Assembly (NCBI GenBank): GCA_051942205.1
Contig: JAVECO010000011.1
Coordinates: 124,001-188,000 of the forward strand
Origin: Coniocarpon cinnabarinum
Lineage: Eukaryota
Length of the DNA: 64,000 nucleotides
Direction: 5' to 3'
Below are positions 1-11,594 of this stretch, piece after piece. Both the position numbers and the translations under genes were made by a program. The notes under the pieces are model-generated. The model was not told where the DNA came from. It saw nothing but the letters and a program-made list of their open reading frames with translations, and made no database searches. Position 1 is the first letter of the stretch; each line of letters begins with the position of its first letter.

Positions 1-130
1 TGCCAAACCGCGCAATTTCTCGAGAAGACTGCCAGTGGCAGTAGCTAGTTCTGCGATGAGGCTCAGACCACACATTCAGTAACTCATCTGCTTCAGCAGC
101 TTCAGCCTACCCAGAATTCATCAGCCACAG

Positions 131-1034
131 ATGGAGAACATGAGTGATTTAAGGTACCTTGAGGTTGATGTCCCTGAGGGGTTTGAGCCAATGACTCAGC
201 CTACCAAGAGTCAAAACCGACTGCGCAATGACAGGATCCAAATCCTTCCAGTGGAGCAGCGGGATCTCGTCGAGGTGGTGAGTATGCCAATGACTGATAC
301 CAGTCGGACCTTAGTAAAAACAATTGTGTCCGCTCATCCGGATGTTTACTTAGGCTAAACTGATCTACGACGCATTTCCGCCTGTATTCTGGGATGAGAT
401 CGAGGATGTGTCAAAGCGACCTCCACTGGCTGGACGCTGTAAGCTCCTCGCCAAGCATCTATCGCCGGTATTGCAAACGGCCGGCTACCATGTCATCAAA
501 GCTGTGGACGCCGACACCCAGAACATCATGGGCACAGCAGTCTGGATGGAAAACGGACAACATTCCGGCTTTCCCACATCTTTCGGAGGACTTCCGGAGG
601 TGACTTTTCCGACGCATTTCGTGCCAACGACACTTCGTGACGATCTGATTGGCCCACTTGCGTGGGACAGAAAAATGAAATGGTCCCAGGGGGAGGTCAA
701 AGAAATGTATGCGCACCACACACCAGCGTGGACAGAGGAGTTGCGAGGTTACGACATTGGCCGCGTGAAGGAGATGGGAGACCGTCCGCATTGGTACTTA
801 GCACCGTTGTGTGTAAAGAAAGAGTATCGGGCGATGGGTGTGGGAAAGGCGCTGATGAGTTACGGATTGGACAAGGCGGATATGGCCGATCCACCGCTTC
901 ACTGCGTGCTTGAGACTTTGCCTAATGTCCGTCCTGTGTACTATCATTTGGGATTTGTACCGACAGCTGAGCACGGAACATACAAGGACACGCAGCTGGT
1001 GAGACCACCGAAAGGGCATCTCGGCAAGTTTTGA
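131..1034 (+). CDS. GNAT-family N-acetyltransferase, 2 exons (131-277, 354-1034)
   Basis: Donor GTGAGT at 278 and acceptor TAG at 351-353 join ORF 131 in frame to ORF 408. The C-terminus has HWYLAPLCV..EYRAMGVGKALM (acetyl-CoA motif A) and VYYHLGF. Confidence 0.85.
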
Positions 1035-1499
1035 AGCCTCTCAGTGGCTACCCCTTTCCAGTCAAGAACTCCCCATGCTTGAGAAATTCTGCAGCGGTCA
1101 TTGCTGCCGCGGTAGCAAGCATGATACATCCAGTGAATATCCAGGAGTTAAAGAGCGCTTTAGACGCAGAAAGGCACAACGAGATTCGAAAAGCCTACTA
1201 TCGGTTTATCTTGTATTCAAAAGCCTCTTTAATATTTCAATCGCGTGGGACTACTGGATCAACGACTAAAAAGGACAAAATTTACGTCCACGGCTGTTTT
1301 TGCAAGGGCAAGGCATGGCATTCGCCCCAACCTGAATAGAGTCTCCCCCCGCATGAAAATATACGGGCTAGCGTCCTGGCCATCAACAGGATTCTTGCCT
1401 CGAGCGACCTTGACCGCCTTTCAAAAATAAAAGTAGTCAGTTCGTGTCTTTTTAGCCGCGACTAAAGTCTATCATCCCGGCCGAGCTTGACTGATCTCG

Positions 1500-2246
1500 G
1501 TTACTGAAATACGTTTTGCGCTGCAATGACTACTCTGCTAGACTGGATGTCCCTTTGAGACCTTGCTCGAGGACAGGTGCTTTCACTGATCAAGGAAGAT
1601 CAAACGAGTCAGAATTAGCCGATACGCAAGATATTACGCTCCGACTGCGAAATTTGGTCCTGCCTTCGCATGCTGCGTTCGTCGAACTCGCTCTAGACGA
1701 TGGCGTCATGACCTGAGATAAGTTATGTATGTGATTGCCGTAGTTTGCGACGCGCCGAGCTTCGGAGTGCCTCCTGCAGCAATATTCAAACGTGTGAGGG
1801 ATCATGGAGCTGCGATATCAGCGCTAGCAATGTCTTGGACTTATGCTACACCGCTTGTGGACCAGTCATTTCGATGGAACTGGGTAAGGATTCTGTATCC
1901 CTTGCATCCCTTGCATCTATGCCTTCCCCTTCATTGTCCTCATCGTCGAAACATGGCCCATCGTTTGGTACAGACAGATGATCTGCTGGTGCAAAGGCAC
2001 TGTCAATGTCATGAAGGCCCACTGAAATATCGACCGGTGTCAGCGCGTCCATCTGCGGTAGTGGATTGAAGTTATCATGACTGAAGCCACGCGGTGAATT
2101 TGAAGGCCGGATAGCATGCGCCCATCGTGCGTTTTTGGATCTCGGTCAGCCTCTTCTCTAGCCCGCGCATTTGGTCTAAGTTGGAACTTAGCGGTGCAGT
2201 CAGCGTTCACGCAAGGACAGTATGACTTTTGCGCGGTCGCAGACAT
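1500..2246 (-). pseudogene. Possible decayed ORF/TE relic of unknown type
   Basis: Minus-strand fragments YCPCVNADCTAKF and acidic PCFDDEDNEGEGIDARDARD are followed by a frame with scattered stops. No family recognised. Confidence 0.2.
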
Positions 2247-2679
2247 TGCACGCGGCTCGTGGCCTGACTGGTCTCTCAGAGCGCGCCGGAGTTTATTGTA
2301 TCCATCATTTATCCGGGGTCAAGAGCAACCTGCAACGCTGCGAAATGTGACATGTGCGAGACAAAAGTCAAGGAAATGGGTCTTTCCATGCTTCTAAGCG
2401 TACATTGTAGGAGCGATGCAGCAGACGTCGGCTGCTCCGCAAATCAGCCTCACCTATTTCAATCACGCAAACGAGGCAGATTCATGCAAGCGTGTGTCTT
2501 TGCATGCAACGACCGCGCACAATGACCGCGATGATCCTGGGCTAGCTTCAATGATTACGCCGCATTGCTCTTGAACACCGCCTATGAAGTCTCTGCCTGT
2601 AAAAGTAGCTGCGTTTGAAGAGTGCTTAACGTCTGCTCGCAACTCGCTATCTTGTATGCTCAATTGCACTGGCCCAAAA

Positions 2680-3604
2680 ATGGACTCCTTACCAACGATA
2701 GTTCTTCTACCGGGCGCCTTCACCACTATAGCAACTTTCGACCCTCTCCTGCCCCACCTCCATGAGCTTGGTTTTCCCACAATCGTTGCCTCTTATCCCA
2801 GTGCAAGTAGTGAGGAACCTTACTCTGCCAGCGTTACAAAAGACACAGAACACATACGCAACCGGGCTCTCCTCCCACTTCTCGATGACAACGGCAAGGA
2901 TGTTATTTTGTTCGCTCACTCTTTTGGCGGGATCGTTGGAGTGGGTGCAGCTGTGGGTCTGGGTCCTAAGAGTCGTGAGGGGAAAAGCTACAAAGGCCGC
3001 GTCCTAGGGTATGTAACCCAAGGTTCATTCAAACTGGTGTGACGATCCTAGGCATCCGTGCCACCATCGACATACCCCCCTCAGGGTTATTTTTGCTGCG
3101 ACAGAAGTCTATCTTTCTGGACAAGATGGGCTAATTTCAACTACTCACAGACTCTTCTACGTTGCAGCCACCATTCTTCCAGAGGGAAGGTCGCTTCGAG
3201 ACCTTACTGGTGGCCAACTGCCTCCATCAGTCCAGCAAGACCAGGTGAGTCAGCATTCGCCGGTACGCAGGACTACACAGACTGGTAACGTCGTCACGTA
3301 ATGATAGCCAATAGCGGGCATGGCGACTTCGGACGGGAGCACTATTCCGCACGCCACTGCAGCGTTCACAACTCCAGCACCAAAACCTGCTTGGATTGAG
3401 GGGGAGTTCAGCGGTCGCCGACGATATCTGCGGACTATGCAAGATGCTAGCTTCCCGCCCCAATTCCAATCTATGCTCGTCCAGCAGAGTGGTGTGGAAT
3501 GGGATGTGGTCGACATCGACGCGCCACATGAAGCTCATTCGGCTCAACCTCAGATGGTGGCGTCGCTGTTACAAGAAGCTGCGCAGAGGTGGACATCGAC
3601 CTGA
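2680..3604 (+). CDS. Alpha/beta hydrolase (Abhydrolase_6-like), 3 exons (2680-3008, 3151-3244, ~3308-3604)
   Basis: PTIVLLPGAF oxyanion motif and nucleophile elbow AHSFGG. Donors GTATGT 3009 and GTGAGT 3245; branch GCTAAT ~3130 with CAG 3150. Exon 2 reads GLFYVAATILPEGRSL. The C-terminus has YLRTMQDASFP and DAPHEA (Asp/His). Confidence 0.8.
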
Positions 3605-4061
3605 TGCGGGTGCTACTGCGAGGCCATCTCAATTTGCTCGCCATGGTCTTTGTTGCCTGTGCCTTTCAGACAGAGCGCAAGGTACAAAACCAATCCCTTT
3701 TCGCGGCTGGAAGACCATTGAAGGTCAGGCCACATAACTGGTGCCGCATTAGAACAATCCTAAAAGTGTTCTACATTCGGCTTGATGGGATCACATTCTT
3801 GGAGTAGGCGTACGCTTGATCGTTCACAAAATTGACCGTGAGACGTAGATTCTTAATGAAGTCTTAAGATAAAGTATTGATACATTTGCGCCACGATTTT
3901 TGTAACCATACCTGGATATATTCCATCATAAATTGCCGATTATGGAGGCATCTCGTTGGCTCAGTGCGCGCATCGGATTGCTCACAGCTCAATGTCCAGT
4001 GATCCTTCATCTTTTGCCTATAATTGTTCAATAGGTTTACTACGTGTCTTGTGGTACCCAC

Positions 4062-4863
4062 ATGGACTGGGAAACAAGGATAACAAATGCCCAAAACGCC
4101 CTTGCTAAACTACCTGCTGTAGGCGGCACCGAGCTCCCCAGGAAAGACTCAGAGGCTTTTGCGCGAACGTTTGACCATACGCTCCTGAAGCCTGAAGCCG
4201 TTCCCGAGCAAGTTCGGACCCTTTGCGAAGAAGCCGTACAAAATAAGTTCGCAACCGTTTGTGTCCGCGAACCCTTTGCGCAGGTAGCACAACCTGTCGT
4301 GAAAGACACCGGAGTCCAAATCTGTTGCGTGGTGGGCTTTCATGATCCAACCACCTCAACACTTGAACAAAAGCTGGCAGAGGCCCGGTCTGCAGTTCGA
4401 GGTGGAGCAACAGAGCTTGATTTGGTTATGAACTGGCCATGCCTGAAGAACAAGCAATACGATACTGTCTATGAAGAGTTAAGAGCCATGCGCGGCGCCT
4501 TCCCTAAGGATGTAGCACGACTGAAGGTGATTCTTGAGACTTCCCAGCTCTGCCGTGATGAGATTGTTGCAGCATGCGTCCTCGCAAGCCAGGCCGACTT
4601 TGACTTTGTCAAGACGTCGACAGGTTTCGTTGGCAGCGGAGCGAAAGTTGAGGTGAGTTTGCCCCCATATCTATGTATAGACTGCTCATAGATTGTTGTA
4701 GGATGTTCAACTCATGCATCAAATGTGCCAAGTCGGAGGCAAGGGCATGGCTGTCAAAGCAAGTGGGGGCATCCGAACCCTCCAAGACGCCATGGCCATG
4801 CTAGAAGCCGGCGCAGATCGGCTTGGGGCTTCCGCATCTGTATCAATCATAAACGAAGCCTAA
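4062..4863 (+). CDS. deoC: Deoxyribose-phosphate aldolase (DERA), 2 exons (4062-4652, 4702-4863)
   Basis: FDHTLLKP, ELDLVMN, LKVILET and FVKTSTGF (Schiff-base Lys). Intron GTGAGT 4653 to TAG 4701. Exon 2 gives VKASGGIR and GADRLGAS, then TAA. Confidence 0.95.
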
Positions 4864-5172
4864 TCAGGGCGATAGATTTGTGGCGATGACAAGTGAACCT
4901 GCGTTGAGGTTACTCTCAATCTTCCTAGTACAGCGTGCTTACATCAATGCGATTGGAATAGAGTTCGAACATTCCTTGGAAGGAGAAGCATCGACCGATC
5001 CGGCCGGTAGATTTTACCAATAGCTGGAGTGTATCTTTCTGCAGGTCATTGATTAGCTCAAGATCTATGCCTTGGCAGTGATATGGTATAACGCTTTAGT
5101 AAGCACAAATATCCTCAGCTTCAGCTTACATCTGTCATTTCTCGAAGAAAAGCGAGCAAATTCTCGTTGCTC

Positions 5173-6293
5173 TCAGAATAGATAGTGTCCCGTTCCCTCT
5201 GCGTGGAGAAAGCTATATTGATCACAAAGTTGGGCATCTGCAGCAAGAATTAGGACTCTCCCTTCAGTAGATGACATCTTTCGCACACTTACACGACTAT
5301 CAAGCGTGTCATACAAGTTTGCGCGGAATCTGATCATGCTTGATTTCGAGCCACTTGTTTTGAAGAGCTCACACCAGGTCTCTTTTTGTCCAAAGACACG
5401 AGTGGACCAAATCCACTCACGCCACGTAGTCGCAATAATAATCTTTCGCAAACAACGTCGATCAGTCATAGGCGCCGCCACGGATGGCTCTTCAGGATCA
5501 ACATGTGTCGTTCTCACTCCGTCTCTTCTGGAGACGGTCTCGATGGTCCAGTATTCAGCATCGTCAATGATGGTTTCTATGAGGTGGGGAACATAGCGGA
5601 AATTGAACTTCTGGACGATGATGGAAGCCACCATGCGAACATCATCATCATGTCGAGGGTAGTTTGCTGGCTCAACGGGCCTTGACAACGAGGCGTGAGG
5701 CAGGACATCCAGTGGCTGCCCACGAGACATAGACCCAGTAGGAGGCATGCTCGAGTCCGCGATCTATTGGACGCTAGATGATCCAAACGATTTCCTGAAC
5801 CACTGCGAAGTCGATATAACGGCAAGGCTCGTGGACAAAAGTTGTGGCTGGATCTCGGTCTAGGCGGCGAGCCTTCACGGTCAGGATAATTTGGATCCCA
5901 AGGCGGTGGGTACAGCGGCGAAAGCCCCTTTGCGCCCTTTGAGATGCTGAATGTCAATCTGGCAAATACTTGATAAGATCCTTTTGGTACCGAACCTTTG
6001 ATAGGCAGCTATCACACCAGGTCGTTAGTTGACTGCTTATGATGAGGAGATGTTGGATGACTGTGATTGTACAGTCGGCGACAAGGTGATCTCCCAAGAC
6101 TTGACGTAGATCTCGGGCCAGCGGGCAAGAGATTTTGTATGGGAAGGAAGATGCTGGGATGTCGAGTAGGTTTGAAACGAATTTCTAGGCAGCCGATGAT
6201 GATCGTTTGCATTGGATACAAACGGCCTCGCCGCAGGTATGCGGCTTGAAGCGATTCTGTTTTCTTTGGCAGAGGAAGCACATCACGTGGCAT
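5173..6293 (-). CDS. Uncharacterised fungal protein; core ORF 5173-5748, upstream exons uncertain, possibly degenerate
   Basis: The core has IETIIDDAEYW ... CLRKIII ... TWCE, resembling an uncharacterised Pezizomycotina family. ORFs 5577-5957 and 6012-6293 may be upstream exons (CTAAC..TAG near 6010-6030). Confidence 0.4.
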
Positions 6294-6505
6294 ACAAACC
6301 GTGAACTCGACAGCGATATATCATAAACCACTTTCTTTTCTCTAACAGCTTATATTCCACACCGTTTCATGTTCACCGCAATATACGCATTTCATCTCTA
6401 CGGCACGAATCCAAGAGCCGCCTCCGACGCATCCAGCCATTGGGGGCAGATGGGTCAATATAATTGGGAACAAACTACTATGAAAGCCACCGCCCAGCCA
6501 TGACC

Positions 6506-7497
6506 TCAATTGCGCAATATGGAGATCCCTGCATCTATAGGCATCGCCAGCCCATTCACGTAGCTCGCGGCCGGCGCACACAAGAACCATGCCACTTCCG
6601 CGACCTCCTCAGGTTTGGCGATGCGGCCCATTGGTGACATCTTGTCGACAAAGGCTCGAGACTCCGGCTTCCGCTCGAAATCCGCTTGCATCATAGGCGT
6701 GTCCGTGGCAAAAGGACACAGCGCATTTACGCGGATGCCGTTGCGAGCATTCTCTGACGCTATATGAATTTTAATGAGTGTGCGTTCAGCAATTTTCGGA
6801 AGCTTGACTCACCAGCGCATTGTGTGATGCTTACCGCGGCTGCCTTCGCGGCACAGTATTGAACATGCCCGTTCCAAGGCATGACGCCGGCGAGAGAAGA
6901 GAGATTGACAATCGCACCGCGACCCACGCCACGCTTGCCGTTGCGTCCCCCAACCATGCCCTCATCCTGCGCGGCCATGATTTTTATCATCTCCTTGGTG
7001 ATAAGTAGCGTGCCTTTGGCATTGACCGCATGTATAGCATCGAGACTGGCAATGTCGACATCGCGAATTTGCGGCTGTGTGCCAGGGAATATCTGGCACA
7101 ATTAGAATGGCATTCACCAACAAGCGCAGGATGGACAAGCTGAGAGCGCACCCCAGCACAGTGGACAGCGTAGTCGATGCGGCGGAATTCTTCGACGGCA
7201 AGAGCTACGCAGGCGCTGACACTATGCTCATCCGTGACGTCGATTCGACAGGCTATGCTGCGGTACTGAAAATGGGTAGCGTATTCTTTGCTCTCTTCGG
7301 CAGCGCTTATCGCGCCAGCCTCGTTGATGTCCGCAAAGACGACGCCCGCAGCTCCACGCTCAGCAAACGTGAAAGCTATCTCTCGCCCTAGGCCACTCGC
7401 TGAAGAATACCATGTTAACCAGAGCTTCAAATTTCAAGACATTTGCTCACCCACCTGCACCTGTAATGAACGCAAATCCTTGCGTCCTTAGAGCCAT
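6506..7497 (-). CDS. Short-chain dehydrogenase/reductase, 4 exons
   Basis: ATG 7497. Splicing 7455 to 7399 yields ITGAASGLG (NAD(P) binding). Also IDYAVHCAG, IVNLSS, catalytic YCAAK, GIRVNALCP, PMGRIAKPEEVAEVAWFL and MPIDAG. Confidence 0.92.
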
Positions 7498-7903
7498 GGT
7501 AGCGTTCCTGTATTTGCTTCGTTGAGCGCTCAGCACAAGACTTGACGAAACAAAAGATGTCGAAGTCAGGCATCGCGTCTCCAAGTAATGCGAGCATGCT
7601 GCAAAGACCTCAATCTCGTGACTGGGGTGATGAACCACTCTGAGACATTGTTCTCGATGTAGTATATACCTGTGTAGTGACAACAGAGACTGATCTTGGA
7701 TGTGATCTCATCGTATCGGCGTACTTCCTGGCGCGGCTTGGGAGGCTGCTGCCTCACTCTGTCAAGTGGACGTCCTTGACCATTGGCCGTGTGTGTGAGA
7801 GTTGCTACGAGATGTTATGCATTCATGGACTTGCAAGAACGGGTGAGGAGCACGCATCGCATGGCGCTCATGGCTTCTTGTCTTCCCAAGGCCATGTATT
7901 TGA

Positions 7904-8510
7904 TTGGCTGTGCATGTCTGGTCCGTAATGTGTATGAAGATCAAGTACGAGCAGAATGTAGAAAAGGACGAGACGTGGTCGGCGATATGCCGAATCTCCC
8001 CAAGCGGTCTGGCGGTGTCACAGGCTTCGGCATTCTTCAGAACTTCTAGTATTGTACTAGCGGTTTGGATTCAATTCTACAAAGCAATTCGTGCTCACTT
8101 GGGGGTTATCTTGAGAAAGTGCCTACTCGGCTGTTTTCATCATACTACTAAGGAAAGCGAATGCTGTTTCTGTGTTCCTTGGCTGTAGGTAGCGCGGGAG
8201 AGCGCACCCAGATGCAGACGCAGCTTTTCAAGAGGAGGAACAGAGGTCGAAGCTATCGACGTAATAATCAAGAGCGTATTGGTCTTCCGCTTGTGAAAGG
8301 AAACGACAGCTAGTCCAGGTGGATTTCCCAAGCACCACGTATGACTGTTTTCTTATCGAGGAATTTCTCGTATGCCATCGCTTCATCTGATTGCTCTTGA
8401 TATCATTCGAGACTGCTCGTACTACATCGAACATGTCGATCGCCCTGCAAGGTCATTCAATAAGCAGCAATGGAAGCACGCTACAGCACGGAGCACTCTC
8501 CAAAGCGGAT
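7904..8510 (+). pseudogene. Putative degenerate NB-ARC/winged-helix (NLR) fragment
   Basis: One frame with three internal stops reads AICRISPSGLAVSQASAFFRTSSIVLAVWIQFYK ... EAIDVIIKSVLV ... SLHLIALDIIRD. This resembles GGLPLAIxQAAAYI / AIxxLxxxSLI / SIHRLVQDVIRD of fungal NB-ARC proteins. Confidence 0.35.
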
Positions 8511-9500
8511 GAATAATTTCATAAGTTGGGGTCAGGTGACTTGCCCCTTCGTTTTCCCGCTGGACGATATTTCGCGGAGCTGCGTCGAAATAGCGAGACG
8601 ACTCTCACAACACGAGTCTACGTGCTTGTTAGAAAGCAAAGCATGCGCAATGAGAATTAATTTAAAGTGACATTAAAGTGGGCGAAATACTGTTATGACT
8701 AGCGGCGCCGGAAGAGAAGAGCAGCAACCGGACAGCCAATGGGACGCCACACCTTCTCTGTTCGGGCAAAAAGTAAACTTCGCCGAGCCCGATACTCGTA
8801 AGCTCCAGTCGGACGCAGTCGTCAGCCAGAGAGCTCTAAAGCAACGCGCCCACGCGTCTCTCACTCACACTCGTTGTCTTGTGGGAGCTTTGTCTTTGCG
8901 TAACGACTCCGGCATCTGGAAACCTCCCGGTACCTGCTTCTCACGGCCGGTGGAGACGGAATCATTGGCAAAGCTCGCCTGTTTGAGCTTGCATCATCCG
9001 GATGAGAGCTGTACCCTTGCATGAAAGATTGGACAATAGTGATGGGTGATGAGTGAAGAGGTGGATCTTGTTGAGCTGTGACTGTCGGAAACGCACATCC
9101 TACGCCATGAAATATGGGATTGTTGCCATTGTGCGCGCCTCTTGTTGAAGCTCCGCCTAGCTTTTGGCACACCATACTCAGCGGACGCTGACGTCCTATC
9201 TTTCTTTTGGTCTCCTACAGACTTCCCTACTTAGCTCTCATTGGCCCTCACTGGGGAGGGCTGCGCTGACAGCAGGTTGCGTGGCATCGTAGTCCACACT
9301 CTCGAAGTGCCTGAACCTATCCTTGATACCAAGCTCGTTGGCTGTCATCACGCCAATAGATACCCTCGTCCTTCAGTATTGCTCTCGGTCGACTCCACCT
9401 CATATACTGAGGACGAGACAGCTCTCAAGCTAGCACCACCAAATTTGATCTCTTCTCCTTACGGAAAGCTCGCCGGACAACTCCACTCTTGACCACCATC

Positions 9501-10496
9501 ATGACCATCTACCTGCTCCACGGCTTCCGATGGAAGCGCAACGAGATCATGATTTACCTCCACATGCGCCGCAAAAACGAATCCGCCTCCAATTGGATCA
9601 TGGGTGAGCTCCCACTTTAAATCAAAACACATCATCATCGCTAACCGTAATCTCCACACAGCACCCGGCACACAAGTCTCCCTCTACGACAGCATCCAAG
9701 AAGAGCTCCCCCACGCCTTCAACGCCCTCCCCAACCTCCGTTTCATAGAAGAGTACCACCACGATCAGGAATTCTGCTGCGCGCCATACGCCTACGTCGC
9801 TGACACCGTGCACGAAGTCAAGCTCTCCGTTGATATCCAAGAGGTCTCGACTCGGGGCATTGGAAATGAGACATGGAGTGCTATCGCGGAGTTGCGGGAT
9901 AAACTTGCAGAGGGAACACCGCTGGGATGGTACGTTGTCAACTGCACGGACGACGAGAGAACGTTTGAGAGTAGTGTGGACGGCGAGACGAATGGCGGGC
10001 GAAATGGCAGCATCGTGTATGTCTTCAATTCATCCGGAAAGGCGCAATTCACAGGACCTGCCGGGAAAACCAGATCCCTTCGCAACTGCAATCTGCTAAC
10101 AAGCGGCCACCAGTGACAACAGCCCCGAAGCACCCTTCCCCACAACCACCACCACCACTCGCCCAAGAGGCGCATCGCTCTCCCGCTCCTTCAAATCCCT
10201 CTTCAAGCGCGATGCAAACACGCTCAAGAAAAGCACCTCGTACGCACATCACCTCATCCTCCACATTACTCATCAATCAACTAACAGAGAAACCTAGTAC
10301 CTCCAATTTGAAACAGCCCGCAGCCATGAACTCCTCCGCTTCTACCGTAACGGGACCGTCGCCTGAACCCAGCGTACCTCCGCCGCCGATTCCGCCGCAG
10401 TATCAAGCCGAGATTGCGGCGATGAGAGCACGTAAGGAGGGAACTGTGGGGAAGGGACCGCGGGCGCAGGCTCCGGGTATTGGCATGGCACGATGA
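9501..10496 (+). CDS. FlbE-like developmental regulator family protein, 4 exons (9501-9603, 9662-10016, 10114-10249, 10298-10496)
   Basis: N-terminal MTIYLLHGFRW, then LPNLRFIEEY, PYAYVAD and GWYVVNCTDDER, matching the FlbE-type family. Introns have GTGAGC/GTATGT/GTACGC donors and CTAAC branch points, and splice in frame. Confidence 0.75.
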
Positions 10497-10775
10497 TGGC
10501 GTTTGATGACAGTAACAGAGAGGGATGGAAATATGGTAAAAGTGCATAATTAGCGTGGTGCTGGTGGTTTCTACGGGGCGAGACTCCTGTTGGCAAACGA
10601 GGTACTACATAAAGACACAAGTATTGGGTCTGAATACATCTGTGTCTATCTATCACTCGGTCGAGTGTATACAGCATACTGCCACCTTCAGCGACTTCAC
10701 CGCTGCTTTTCAAACATAACGCTTTTCCATTTACCAGACACAGCGCCATGCTACCACGTTGCAAGACCACCGCAT

Positions 10776-11594
10776 CTATAAATCCACAATTTGCACTCCC
10801 GTCTCCCCTTCCACCTTCAAAACCCCATACCGTCGCAGCTCAAACCACTCATAAGTCCCGGTCGCCAATCCAACCGCTTCCCGATGCCTCGCCAACTTAC
10901 TAGCTCTCCTCGCACTCTCCGCATCGCTCCAGATACACGTCGCGATGTTTCGACCTTCGCCGTCCGGGACGCCGTAGTAATACATGAGCAACCCTCCGGA
11001 GGCGACGGCCTCTTCGTGGGCGCCGCGGTCGGCTCTGTAGAGCCTCTCTGAATTGGAGTCGGACTTTCGGTGTGAGAGGAAGAGGACGCCGTAGAATTTC
11101 TGGGAGAGGTTGGGGGGTAGATGGAGGTCGGACCAATTGAAGAGTTGGCTGACGAAAGCGGCTGTCGAGGAGGTCGCAGCGATGGGGGAGTCACTGGTTG
11201 TGGGTGGTGGTCTGCGTGAATGATGCGGTTGTGTGTGGGAAGCGTTAGTGGGTGATGGAAGAGGATAGTGGTGGGTAGGAAGATCTTTGAGAGGTCCTGG
11301 TGTTGGATTTAGGTTGTGGAGGGCGTGCCAGAGAGCCAAACTGGCGGGCTCAATGGACGGAAGACGGAGGGTTGTGTAGGTGACTTGCAGCGGTGCGTCG
11401 ATGGCGGAAGCATTGTTTTCTCGTTCTGAAATGCTGGGAGCCAGTCGGGAGATGATGGGGGTAGGTGGGGAGAGGACGCCAAGCGGTAGAGCAGACGGTA
11501 TAGTTTGGATGCTGTTGTTGAGAGCTTGCTCTTCGATGGTGCTTGGAGGAAGCCGCCGCACGTTCAAAGCAACAGCTTCAGCCATTGAGGTCAT
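10776..11594 (-). CDS. UPF0643-like conserved fungal protein
   Basis: 272-aa ORF. The C-terminal FYGVLFLS..RLYRADRGAHEEAVASGGLLMYYYG..RNIATCIW..ARRAS..HREA matches this family. Confidence 0.65.
   Translation of the reverse strand: MTSMAEAVALNVRRLPPSTIEEQALNNSIQTIPSALPLGVLSPPTPIISRLAPSISERENNASAIDAPLQVTYTTLRLPSIEPASLALWHALHNLNPTPGPLKDLPTHHYPLPSPTNASHTQPHHSRRPPPTTSDSPIAATSSTAAFVSQLFNWSDLHLPPNLSQKFYGVLFLSHRKSDSNSERLYRADRGAHEEAVASGGLLMYYYGVPDGEGRNIATCIWSDAESARRASKLARHREAVGLATGTYEWFELRRYGVLKVEGETGVQIVDL

Noticed and set aside
1263..1459. Weak inverted repeat (CGACTAAAAAGGACA vs TGTCTTTTTAGCCG) as MITE ends
   Set aside because: It is short and imperfect, with no clear target-site duplication.
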